64,000 bases of DNA, from assembly GCA_040772225.1 (NCBI GenBank), contig JAXGYO010000004.1, positions 12,233-76,232 on the forward strand, written 5' to 3'. How positions within the stretch are numbered: position 1 is the stretch's first letter; every line of letters starts with the position of its first letter. A program made the translations under genes and the position numbers. This DNA comes from Anaerolineae bacterium. Its GTDB lineage: Bacteria; Chloroflexota; Anaerolineae; UBA1429. Shown here in pieces: positions 10,981 through 20,054 of the stretch. The notes beneath the pieces are model-generated. The model searched no databases. It was given only the letters and a program-made list of their open reading frames with translations, and was not told where the DNA came from.

Positions 10981-11562
10981 CTACACCCGGATCACGCGCC
11001 CCTCGCGCCGTGGCTTGGCATGGGGCGCTTCGCCGTCACGGTAGCCCAGCACGATGTGGCAGATGGGCGCATAGTTCTCAGGGAGCCCCCACTCCTGCAG
11101 CAGACGCTGGCCCAACTCGCCCGCAAAGGTCGACTCGGCGCGGGCCACCAGGCAGGAGCCGATCCCCAGCGCGTGCGCCGCCAGCATCATGTTTTCCCCC
11201 ATGCAGTAGCAGTCGCCGGGGCCGTTGGCCATGCCGCGCGGCGCAAACAGCGAGATCACCGCGGGCGCGCCATAGAACGCACTGGGGATATTCGGGTCGT
11301 CGGCGATGCTGGGCTGCTCTGTCGACACGCGAAAAGCCGACGCCGCGCCGGGCGCACCAAACGCGCCCCGGTTGGCGCGTCCCAGTGCATCGTTGAGTTC
11401 CGCATCCTGGCATACCACCATGACCCCCGATTGCCGCCCCCCGGCCCCCGGCGCCCAGAGCCCCGCATCGATGATCTGCTGCAGAATCTCCTCAGGGATC
11501 TGCTCCGGCGTATACTTGCGGATCGACCGGCGCGTGCGGATCGTTTCCAGCACGTCGTTCAC
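10981..11562 (-). CDS. Nitroreductase family protein
   Basis: IRTRRSIRKY, WAPGAGGRQ, FYGAP, NMMLAAHALGIGSC, IVLGY; RBS AGGAGG. Confidence 0.92.
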   Translation of the reverse strand: MNDVLETIRTRRSIRKYTPEQIPEEILQQIIDAGLWAPGAGGRQSGVMVVCQDAELNDALGRANRGAFGAPGAASAFRVSTEQPSIADDPNIPSAFYGAPAVISLFAPRGMANGPGDCYCMGENMMLAAHALGIGSCLVARAESTFAGELGQRLLQEWGLPENYAPICHIVLGYRDGEAPHAKPRREGRVIRV

Positions 11563-11582
11563 GCGACCACCTCCTGTACTTT

Positions 11583-11690
11583 GGACCGCCGACGGCGACG
11601 GTTACATCGCTCTGGACCGCGGCCATTCTCTTGGACCGCCGACATTCTTGTCGGCTCTTGTGTAAAGGCCGACAGGAATGTCGGCGCTCC
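11583..11690. repeat. REP doublet (REPIN-like) downstream of RAYT1
   Basis: GGACCGCCGACATTCTTGTCGGC followed by inverted GCCGACAGGAATGTCGGCGCTCC. Confidence 0.85.
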
Positions 11691-11692
11691 GT

Positions 11693-12301
11693 CTATTCTT
11701 GGCTTTGCCCCTCGTACGGCACATGCCACATCCGGTCTACACCGGCCACCCTGCGTGCACTGCCGTACCGCCACTCGGCCGGAGCCTCCACGAGTCCCGC
11801 CTTAACAGGGTTGTTGTGCACGTACAGCACGGCGTTCTCCAGGTGGGTCACGTCGCGGATGTAGCGATCATAGTACTCCCTGTGCCAGAGTGTGCCCTGT
11901 CGACCCAATAGCGCGTTCACCTGCCTGGCCGAGTAGCCTTTCCAGTTCTGCAGCATGCGCGCCAATGGCGTCCCACCGAGGGTTTCGACAACCACATGCA
12001 CGTGGTTCGGCATGATCACCCAGGCCAGCAGGGCGTAGCGTGTGCCGTCATAATGCAGCAGCGTCTCCTCGACGATCTCCGCCACGCGCTCGTCAGCCAG
12101 CAGGCACCCGCCCCAGCCCTGGTCCAGCAGCGCCTGAACCCGGGCCCGCCGCGCGCCCTCGGGTACATCGACTGCCTGCCCCTCCTGGAGCAACCGCAAC
12201 GGCAGGCTGTCCGCCAGGTGGAATGTCACCGCCTGGATCAGTCCCGGCTCGTCACGATGCGGCAGATAACCGCGGGTATACCAGCCCCGGTGTGATGTCA
12301 T
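11693..12301 (-). mobile_element. REP-associated tyrosine transposase (RAYT, Y1 HUH family), copy 1
   Basis: RGYLPH, VTFHLADSLP, WVIMPNHVH (HUH), WKGYSA, LWHREYYDRYIRD, YVHNNPVKAGLV, WRYGSA; flanked by REP doublets. Confidence 0.9.
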
Positions 12302-12385
12302 TTGTCCTGGCCTCCGCTGAAGAACAGCCCCCTGCTCACTCCAGGATGTTACACACCTTCCCCAACCGCGCGCAAGTGAGACAAT

Positions 12386-12528
12386 GGACCGCCGACGGCG
12401 AAAGTCAGACACTGGACCGCCGACATTCTTGTGGAGCGCCGACATTCCTGTGGAGCGCCGACATTCTTGTGGAGCGCCGACATTCTTGTCGGCTCTTTGT
12501 CAAGAGCCGACAGGAATGTCGGCGGTCC
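12386..12528. repeat. REP cluster upstream of RAYT1, with 19-bp tandem half-REPs
   Basis: GCCGACATTC(C/T)TGTGGAGC x3, then a full inverted doublet ending in GTCGGCGGTCC. Confidence 0.85.
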
Positions 12529-12538
12529 CACGCGCCAC

Positions 12539-12568
12539 TTGCACACCCCCACCTCGGCATGCTAGACT
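12539..12568 (+). promoter_or_regulatory. Putative sigma70 promoter for chrA
   Basis: TTGCAC-N18-TAGACT with TG extended -10. Confidence 0.35.
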
Positions 12569-12604
12569 CGCGCAACTCACCACTCAGAGAGGATCGTCTC
12601 ACCG

Positions 12605-13873
12605 ATGACAACCACCGCCCCGGACACCGACCGCCGCACCCGCCTCTGGGAGGTCTGCCTGCTCTTTTTAAAGCTGGGCGCCACCGGCTTTGGCGGGCCC
12701 GCCGTCACCATCGCCATGATGGAGGACGAGGTCGTCCACCGCAAACAGTGGCTCACGCGCCCGTACTTTCTGGACCTGGTGGGCACCACGAACCTGATCC
12801 CCGGCCCCAACGCCACCGAGATCGCCATCCACGTGGGGTACCTGCGCGCCGGCTGGCCCGGCCTGATCGCCGCCGGCGCCTGCTTTATCGTCCCCGCCGC
12901 GCTGATCACCATGGCCTTCGCCTGGGCGTATGTCACCTACGGCGCCCTGCCCGCGGTGGTGCCTTTCCTGGCGGGGATCAAGCCCGCCGTGCTGGCCGTG
13001 ATCGTCGCCGCGCTCTGGCGACTGGGCCTCACGGCCATCGCGGGACGCTCCAGCGCCGGGACCGCCCCCGTCGACTCCGCGCAGGCTCGCGTCACCCGCT
13101 GGAAACTGATCGCCATGGGCCTGGCCGTGCTGGTCGCGTCGCTCCTGGGCGTCAACGAGATCCTGGCGCTCTTTGCCGGGGGGATCCTGGGGATGCTCTG
13201 GCTGCGCGCTGCCCACGTCCGCGACCGGCTGCAACGCCCGGGCGGGGGGACGCTGGGCGCGCTGGCGCCGGGCCTCGGGCTGAGCCTCGCGCGCCTCACG
13301 GCCGCCGGGACGCCCCTGTCCGCCGTTGCGGCGGCCGCGACCTCGGCTCCCACCGTCGCCGGGCTGTTCCTGTTCTTTCTGAAGGTCGGCGCCGTGATGT
13401 ACGGCAGCGGCTATGTCCTGGTGGCCTTTCTGCAGGGCGGGCTGGTCGACCAGTTGGGCTGGCTCACCCAGCAGCAGTTGCTGGATGCCATCGCCGCCGG
13501 GCAACTCACCCCCGGGCCGCTGCTCTCCACCGCCACCTTCATCGGCTATCTCCTGCTGGGGATCCCCGGCGCCATCGTGGGCACCCTGGGCGTGTTCCTG
13601 CCCTCGTTCATCTTTGTGGCCGCGCTGAGCTCCGTGGTCCCCCGCCTGCGCCGCTCCCCCTGGGCCGCGGCCTTCCTGGACGCCGTCAACGTCTGCGCCC
13701 TGGGCCTCATGGCCGCCGTGGCGTTCAAGCTGGGCGCCGCCACCGTCACCACCTGGCCCGCGCTGGCCATCGCCCTCCTCGCCGCGCTGGTCGCCCTGCG
13801 TTGGAAGGTCAACAGCGCCTGGCTGGTCCTGGGCGGCGCGCTGGCGGGGTGGATCGTGAGCCTGGTGGTGTAG
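12605..13873 (+). CDS. chrA: Chromate efflux transporter (CHR family, long chain)
   Basis: FLKLGATGFGGP, NLIPGPNATE, FLKVGAVMYGSGYVL, GQLTPGPL. Confidence 0.92.
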   Translation: MTTTAPDTDRRTRLWEVCLLFLKLGATGFGGPAVTIAMMEDEVVHRKQWLTRPYFLDLVGTTNLIPGPNATEIAIHVGYLRAGWPGLIAAGACFIVPAALITMAFAWAYVTYGALPAVVPFLAGIKPAVLAVIVAALWRLGLTAIAGRSSAGTAPVDSAQARVTRWKLIAMGLAVLVASLLGVNEILALFAGGILGMLWLRAAHVRDRLQRPGGGTLGALAPGLGLSLARLTAAGTPLSAVAAAATSAPTVAGLFLFFLKVGAVMYGSGYVLVAFLQGGLVDQLGWLTQQQLLDAIAAGQLTPGPLLSTATFIGYLLLGIPGAIVGTLGVFLPSFIFVAALSSVVPRLRRSPWAAAFLDAVNVCALGLMAAVAFKLGAATVTTWPALAIALLAALVALRWKVNSAWLVLGGALAGWIVSLVV

Positions 13874-13889
13874 AGGGAACGGACGGAAT

Positions 13890-14100
13890 TAACATGGATG
13901 GACAGGGGCGCCGAGTACGGCGCTGACAGGATAGGATCCGGACAAGAGCGTAACATACTCGTAGGGGCAGACCCCGGCATGCCGGTGGCGCGGTGCCCGC
14001 CCCTATTCCTGGCGGCGTGATTGCCGTCTGTGGCCCGCTCCCCGCTGCGGACGGCGACCCTCTCCCATTTACTGGGGAGGGGACGGGGGTGAGGGCTGGT
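13890..14100. repeat. Mosaic of three palindrome/repeat families upstream of DUF559
   Basis: ATGGATGGACAGG...GACAGGATAGGAT, GTAGGGGCAGACCC..., and CCCTCTCCC-N-GGGGAGGGG...GGGGTGAGGG. Confidence 0.6.
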
Positions 14101-14174
14101 GGAGGCAAGGGGGCTGGTTTCGCTTTCCCTGCCACCTACAATCACCTGGTGACCACTTACCGGAGGCACGCACG

Positions 14175-14582
14175 ATGCGCGATGGCAGCGACCCCGATTT
14201 CGTTCAGGAACACCGCTTCATCCGCACCTCAGAACGCATGCAGGGACTGGCGAGGGAGCTTCGCCAACGCATGACGCCCGCGGAGCGTATGCTCTGGCAG
14301 TCGTTGCGCGGGCACCAACTCGGCGGCCTGGCCTTCCGCCGCCAGCATCCGTTTCGGTTCTGCATCGTGGACTTTTACTGTCCCGCGCGGCGGCTGGTCG
14401 TCGAGGTGGATGGGCCCATTCACCTGTCTGAGCGGCAAGCCGATGCCGAACGAGACGCCGCCCTGAGAGAACTGGGGCTGCGGGTGCTGCGCGTGACAAA
14501 CGACGATGTGCTCAACGATCTGCCCGGCACACTGGAACGCATCCGGCGTGCGTGTGAGGAACAGGCGCATAGACAGGAATAG
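14175..14582 (+). CDS. DUF559 / Vsr-like endonuclease domain protein
   Basis: ARELRQRMTPAERMLW..LR, FRRQHP, IVDFYC, LVVEVDGPIH, RDAALRELGLRVLR. Confidence 0.9.
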   Translation: MRDGSDPDFVQEHRFIRTSERMQGLARELRQRMTPAERMLWQSLRGHQLGGLAFRRQHPFRFCIVDFYCPARRLVVEVDGPIHLSERQADAERDAALRELGLRVLRVTNDDVLNDLPGTLERIRRACEEQAHRQE

Positions 14583-14585
14583 GTC

Positions 14586-14665
14586 GTAGCCCTCACCCCG
14601 CCGCGGACGGCGACCCTCTCCCGTTTACGGGAGAGGGTGGCGAGCGCAGCGAGCCGGGAGAGGGC
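14586..14665. repeat. CCCTCACCCC...CCCTCTCCC-N-GGGAGAGGG hairpin element downstream of DUF559
   Basis: Near-direct repeat of 14042-14082 (GCGGACGGCGACCCTCTCCC-N-GGG(A/G)GAGGG). Confidence 0.75.
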
Positions 14666-14677
14666 TTGGCCTCCGCC

Positions 14678-14707
14678 TTGACAACGCCCCCTCGCCGCTC
14701 GTAGACT
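14678..14707 (+). promoter_or_regulatory. Putative sigma70 promoter for mod
   Basis: TTGACA-N18-TAGACT about 40 nt upstream of the ATG. Confidence 0.45.
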
Positions 14708-14744
14708 CCCCTGTGTCGTTGCTCACGCCCGAAAGGATGCACGC

Positions 14745-16658
14745 ATGTCCAAACCAGAACCCCTCGCCACGCCGCCGTCCCACGAGGAGCTGCGGCTGCA
14801 GCGCCTGCGCGCGCTGTACCCGGAACTCGACACCGAAGGCGGGCGCGTCGATCCCCAACGCCTGGCCGGCCTCATTCCAGGCGACTCGCTGGACCCCGGT
14901 CCCGAACGCTATGGCCTCTCGTGGAACGGCAAGCGCGCCGCCCAACAGGCCCTGGCGCTCGGTCCCACCGGCGCCCTGCGCCCCTGCCCGGAAGAGTCCC
15001 TGGACTGGGAGACCACGCGCAACGTCTTTATCGAGGGCGAGAACCTGGAGACGCTGCGCATCATGCTCAAGCCCTACTTTCGCAAGGTCAAGATGATCTA
15101 TATCGACCCGCCCTACAACACCGGCGGCGATTTCATCTACAAAGACAACTATACCGCGCCGGTGGCGGACTATCTGAAAAAGACGGGCCAGGCGGACGAG
15201 GCGGGCAACCTGCTGGTCTCGAACCCGGAGAGCTCGGGGCGCTACCACTCCGACTGGCTGACGATGATGTACCCCCGGCTGGCGCTGGCCCGCGAGCTGC
15301 TGCGCGAGGACGGCGTGCTCTTTTGCTCCATCGACGACCACGAGGTCCACAACCTGCGCCTGCTGCTCAACGAGGTGTTCGGGGAGGAGAACTTTGTCGC
15401 GGCAATCGCCTGGGAGCGGGCGGACAGCCCTCGGATGGATGCCGACTACTTCTCAACGAAGCACGAGTACGTGCTGTGCTGCGCCAGAAACCTGGCTGCG
15501 TTCAGAGTGATCCGGTCTGAGTACGAGGGAGAAGAAGTTCCCGATCACTACAATCGAGTGGATGGCCATGGTAGACGATACTATCTGAAGCCTCTTCGCG
15601 CGATGGGCGGACAGGGCGAGACTAGAGAAGCACGCCCCAACCTGTATTACGCGATCAGCGCACCGGACGGGAGCGAGGTATTCCCAAAGCTCGAGGACGG
15701 ACGCGATGGCGCCTGGAGGTGGGGCCAGGAGAAACTGGCTCGCGAGCGCGCAAGAATCGAGTGGACAGGGTCAGCATCCGAGTGGACGCCATATTACCGT
15801 ATCTACGCAGATGAGAGTCACGGCAGGCCCCCGGAGACCATGGTATTTGCGAAAGATGTAGGGAGCAACCGTACCGCCACGGCGGAACTGAAGGCCCTCT
15901 TCGATGAGGGTCGACCGTTTGACGCCCCGAAACCAGTCGGGCTCCTGAAGCACTTGGTCAGTATGGCATGCGATCCGGAATCGCTCGTACTCGATTTCTT
16001 CTCTGGCTCCGCCACCACGGCCCACGCCCTAATCGATCTTAACAACGCCGACGGCGGCAACCGGCGCTACATTCTTGTGCAGCTCCCTGAGCCGACTGAA
16101 CGCGAGGACTACCCCACCATCGCCGACATCGGCAAGGAGCGTATCCGGCGGGTGGCGGCGCGCATCCGCGAGGAGCGCGCGGGCCAGCTCGACCTGGAGC
16201 AGCGCGAGACGCCGCTGGACCTGGGGATGCGGGTGTTCAAGCTGGGCGCCAGCAGTCTTGCGGACAACAGGCACGAGGCGACCACGGAGGGTCGCCCCGA
16301 CCAGGACGGCGATTATGCCGCCGCACTGCAGGGCTCGCTGGACACGCTACTGCCCGATTGGCGCCCTGAGGACCTGCTGTGGGAGGTGCTCCTGAGAGAG
16401 GGGTTGCCGCTGGACTGCCGTATCGAGACACTGACCGCGGGTCCGCAGACGGTGTACCGCGCCACCGACCCCGACACGGACGGCGACGGCGCCGAGCGCC
16501 GTCTGTACGTCTGCCTGGACGACGCCGTGAGCGACGAGCCGCTGGTGGCCCTGCTGGGCGAGGACCGTAACGCCCGGCTGGTCTGCCGCGAGTCGGCGCT
16601 GGCCGACGACAGCGTGGCCCAGAACCTGGCGCTGCATTGCCGGCTGGTGACGCTGTGA
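14745..16658 (+). CDS. mod: Type III restriction-modification methyltransferase subunit
   Basis: ERYGLSWNGK, IYIDPPYNTG, HSDWLTMMYPRL, LDFFSGSATTAHA (beta-class m6A MTase), adjacent to res. Confidence 0.93.
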   Translation: MSKPEPLATPPSHEELRLQRLRALYPELDTEGGRVDPQRLAGLIPGDSLDPGPERYGLSWNGKRAAQQALALGPTGALRPCPEESLDWETTRNVFIEGENLETLRIMLKPYFRKVKMIYIDPPYNTGGDFIYKDNYTAPVADYLKKTGQADEAGNLLVSNPESSGRYHSDWLTMMYPRLALARELLREDGVLFCSIDDHEVHNLRLLLNEVFGEENFVAAIAWERADSPRMDADYFSTKHEYVLCCARNLAAFRVIRSEYEGEEVPDHYNRVDGHGRRYYLKPLRAMGGQGETREARPNLYYAISAPDGSEVFPKLEDGRDGAWRWGQEKLARERARIEWTGSASEWTPYYRIYADESHGRPPETMVFAKDVGSNRTATAELKALFDEGRPFDAPKPVGLLKHLVSMACDPESLVLDFFSGSATTAHALIDLNNADGGNRRYILVQLPEPTEREDYPTIADIGKERIRRVAARIREERAGQLDLEQRETPLDLGMRVFKLGASSLADNRHEATTEGRPDQDGDYAAALQGSLDTLLPDWRPEDLLWEVLLREGLPLDCRIETLTAGPQTVYRATDPDTDGDGAERRLYVCLDDAVSDEPLVALLGEDRNARLVCRESALADDSVAQNLALHCRLVTL

Positions 16659-17185
16659 TCGGGCGGGCGGCGCGTTTCTGGGCGACCACAGAGGGTGGTC
16701 CCTACGATGGGGTGCGGCGTGTCTCAGCCCCCGCCCCTGTCCCCTCCCCCGTTGACGGGGGAGGGGAACGCAACCGCAGGTTGCGCGGGGTGAGGGCGTT
16801 TGGCGCCGCCCATCCTATTCATCCTGTATATCGATTTTCGTTTTCCTGGGCTGACACGGTGGTCAGCCCCTACGATGGGGTGCGGCGTGTCTCAGCCCCC
16901 GCCCCTGTCCCCTCCCCCGTTGACGGGGGAGGGGAACGCAACCGCAGGTTGCGCGGGGTGAGGGCGTTTGGCGCCGCCCATCCTATTCATCCTGTATATC
17001 GATTTTCGTTTTCCTGGGCTGACACGGTGGTCAGCCCCTACGATGGGGTGCGGCGTGTCTCAGCCCCCGCCCCTGTCCCCTCCCCCGTTGACGGGGGAGG
17101 GGAACGCAACCGCAGGTTGCGAGGGGTGAGGGCCTGCCGGGCGGTGCCGCGCACCCGTCGCCCCAAAGGGCTGGTGACGCTGTGA
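16642..17185. repeat. Insert with 168-bp tandem repeat (about 2.6 copies) bounded by a 17-bp direct repeat GGCTGGTGACGCTGTGA
   Basis: TACGATGGGG recurs at 16703, 16871 and 17039; direct repeat at 16642-16658 and 17169-17185. Confidence 0.9.
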
Positions 17186-19959
17186 AACTGCGCTACGATC
17201 CCAATCTGGACTATCAGGTCGAGGCCGTCAACGCGGTGGCGGAGCTCTTTGCCGGCCAACCCTACGTCGAGGCGGGTGCACGGCAGGACCCCGGCGCCTG
17301 GCAAAGCGGCGCGGGCATGTTCGTCGTGGGAAACCGGCTGGACCTGCCGCCGGAGCAGTTACAGGCCAACCTGCATGAGGTACAGGCGGGTCAGAGCCTC
17401 TTTGCGGACGATGCGCTGCGAACGATCACCCAGGACGTGCATCTCGGCGCGCTGGACGGACCGGTCACCTTTTACAACTATGCCGTCGAGATGGAGACCG
17501 GCACCGGCAAGACGTATGTCTATCTGCGCACGGCGCTGGAGCTGGCCCGCCGCTATGGGCTGCGCAAGTACATCATCGTCGTGCCTTCGGTGGCCATCCG
17601 CGAGGGCGTGCTGAGCGCGCTTCGGGGCACCTACGACCACCTGAGCGCGCTGTTCGGCGGGCAGCCCTACGGCTATGGCGTGTATGACTCGGCCAACCTG
17701 GGCCGCGTCAAGGCCTTCAGCGAGTCGCGCCAGGTGGATATCCTGGTGATGACCCTGCAGTCCTTCAACACCGAGGACAATGTCATCCGCCGCGCGGCGG
17801 ACCGCTTCATGGGGCTGGAGCCCATCCGCCAGTTGCAGGCGGTGCGCCCGGTGCTGATCCTGGACGAGCCGCAGAACATGGAGTCAGAAAACAGCATCGC
17901 GGCGCTCGCGGCGCTCAATCCGCTCATGGCGCTGCGCTACAGCGCCACCCACCGCGACCCTTACAACCTCGTCTATCGCCTCACGCCGGCCGAGGCGCAC
18001 CGGCGACGGATCGTCAAGACCGTTCGCGTGGCGGGCGCGCGGCTGGCGGACGCCGATGACCTGCCCTACATCCAGGTCAACGCGATCCGCTCCGGCAAAA
18101 AGACCATCGAGGCCAGCCTGCGGCTCTCGGTGCTGGACAGCGACGGCGCCATCAACCTGAAGACGGTGACCGTGCGCCCGGGAGCGCGACTGGAGGAGCT
18201 CACTCACCGCAGCCTGTATGCCGGCCTGCGCGTGGAGGAGCTGGACCTGGGGGCCGGGGTGGTCCGCTTGAGCAGAGGCGTCACGATTCCGGTGGGCGAG
18301 GCCGTGGGCGATTATCACGAGGCCATCTTTCAGGCCCAGATCGAGGAGACCGTCGCCCGCCACCTGCGCAAACAGGAGGAGGTGCGCGGGCGGGGCATCA
18401 AGGTGCTTTCGCTCTTTTTCATCGATCGCGTCGCCAACTACTGGATGGAGGACGGCCAGACGCAAGCGCCGCTCATCCGCCGCCTCTTTGACGAGGCCTA
18501 TGAGCGACTGAAAGCCGGGTATGAGGCGTGGCGCGATCTATCGGCGCAGGATGTGCAGGCGGGCTATTTTGCCTCCAGCAGCAAGACCAGCCTCAACCCT
18601 GTGGACACCGGCGGGACGTCGCAGCGCGACCGCGACGCGTACGACCTGATCATGCGCGACAAAGAGCGGCTGCTCTCCTTTGACGATCCGCACGCCTTTA
18701 TCTTTACCCACTCGGCGCTCCGCGAGGGGTGGGACAACCCCAATGTGTTCCAGATCTGCACGCTCAACCAGACCGTGTCCACCGCGCGCAAGCGGCAGGA
18801 GATCGGGCGCGGCGTGCGCATACCCGTGGATCAGCAGGGCCAGCGCGTGTTCGACGAGCGACTCAACGTGCTCACGGTGGTGGCTAACCAGTCGTACCGG
18901 GCCTTTGTGGCCGAGTACCACGACGAGGTGCTGGCCGCCAGCCGGACACAGATTCAGGCGCACTATGGCGTGCCACCGGAGGAGCTGAGCGAGGCGCAGC
19001 GCGAGGAGGCGGCGCGCCTCTACGGCGCGGAGGCCGCCCCGGCGCCGGAGGACGCCCGTGACGAGATCAGGGTGACGCTCCGCAGCGAGCGCTACGAGTC
19101 GGCTGACTTTCAGGCGCTTTGGAACGCCATCGCCGCCAAAGCGCGCTACCGGGTGCGCATCGACACCGAGGCGCTTGTGTCGCGGGTGTTGGCGCGCTAC
19201 GCAGAGCTGCGGGTGAGCGCCCCGCAGGTCGTCGTCGAGTACGGCCACCTCATCGGCGAGGACGGCAAGCCCGGGCTCCAGAGCGGCGAGGGAACAACGG
19301 TCACCGTTGGCCCGCCGCGCGAGCGACCCAACCTGCTGCTCCTCGTGAGTGAGATGCTGGCCGCCAGCACGCCGCCGCTGCGCATCACGCGCCGGACCAT
19401 CCTGCGCATCCTCCAGTCGCTGCCGGAGGCCATCCGAGAGGGGATGGCGGTCAATCCCACGGCCTTTGCCACGGCCCTGACACGGGTCCTGGCGGAGGAG
19501 TTGCGCCGCGAGATGGTCCACGAGATCAGCTATGTGCCGACGGGTGAGGCGTGGGACCGCGCCAAACTCGAAGAGAGCTTTGAGCGGCTGCAGCGCGCGC
19601 TCGAACCCAGCGCGGGCAAGGCCCTGTACGACCACGTCGACGTGGACTCGGAGATCGAGCGGCAAGTCGCGCGGGCGCTGGAGGCGCACGAACGGGTGCG
19701 GCTGTATCTCAAGCTGCCGCGCTGGTTCCAGGTGGCCACCCCTTACGGCGGCTACGCCCCCGACTGGGCCATCCTCGTCGAGCGCGACGGCGGAGCGGAC
19801 TGCGTGAAACTGATCCGCGAGACCAAGGCCAGCGCGAGCAGCGAGGACCTGCGGGGCCGGGAGGCGGCAGCCATCGCCTGCGGCCGCGAGCATTTCCGGG
19901 CGCTGGGCGTCGAGTACGCCGTGGCAACCGGGCCGGAGAGCCTGCGGCTGGAAGGGTAG
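17182..19959 (+). CDS. res: Type III restriction endonuclease subunit
   Basis: VEMETGTGKTYVY, ILDEPQ, LRYSATH, LREGWDNPNVFQIC, QEIGRGVR, C-terminal PDWA...ETK nuclease. Confidence 0.93.
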   Translation: MKLRYDPNLDYQVEAVNAVAELFAGQPYVEAGARQDPGAWQSGAGMFVVGNRLDLPPEQLQANLHEVQAGQSLFADDALRTITQDVHLGALDGPVTFYNYAVEMETGTGKTYVYLRTALELARRYGLRKYIIVVPSVAIREGVLSALRGTYDHLSALFGGQPYGYGVYDSANLGRVKAFSESRQVDILVMTLQSFNTEDNVIRRAADRFMGLEPIRQLQAVRPVLILDEPQNMESENSIAALAALNPLMALRYSATHRDPYNLVYRLTPAEAHRRRIVKTVRVAGARLADADDLPYIQVNAIRSGKKTIEASLRLSVLDSDGAINLKTVTVRPGARLEELTHRSLYAGLRVEELDLGAGVVRLSRGVTIPVGEAVGDYHEAIFQAQIEETVARHLRKQEEVRGRGIKVLSLFFIDRVANYWMEDGQTQAPLIRRLFDEAYERLKAGYEAWRDLSAQDVQAGYFASSSKTSLNPVDTGGTSQRDRDAYDLIMRDKERLLSFDDPHAFIFTHSALREGWDNPNVFQICTLNQTVSTARKRQEIGRGVRIPVDQQGQRVFDERLNVLTVVANQSYRAFVAEYHDEVLAASRTQIQAHYGVPPEELSEAQREEAARLYGAEAAPAPEDARDEIRVTLRSERYESADFQALWNAIAAKARYRVRIDTEALVSRVLARYAELRVSAPQVVVEYGHLIGEDGKPGLQSGEGTTVTVGPPRERPNLLLLVSEMLAASTPPLRITRRTILRILQSLPEAIREGMAVNPTAFATALTRVLAEELRREMVHEISYVPTGEAWDRAKLEESFERLQRALEPSAGKALYDHVDVDSEIERQVARALEAHERVRLYLKLPRWFQVATPYGGYAPDWAILVERDGGADCVKLIRETKASASSEDLRGREAAAIACGREHFRALGVEYAVATGPESLRLEG

Positions 19960-20054
19960 AGCCGCGGAGCGTGGTGCGCACCCTGCGGGCCAGTGGCAGT
20001 CGGAGGGACGGTCTCCGACCGTCCTCGGTCCAGGGATGCCCGGTCTCGACCGGC

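Noticed and set aside
11693-12301. IS200/IS605 element with TnpB or IscB
   Set aside because: No accessory nuclease gene nearby; motifs and REP flanks fit RAYT
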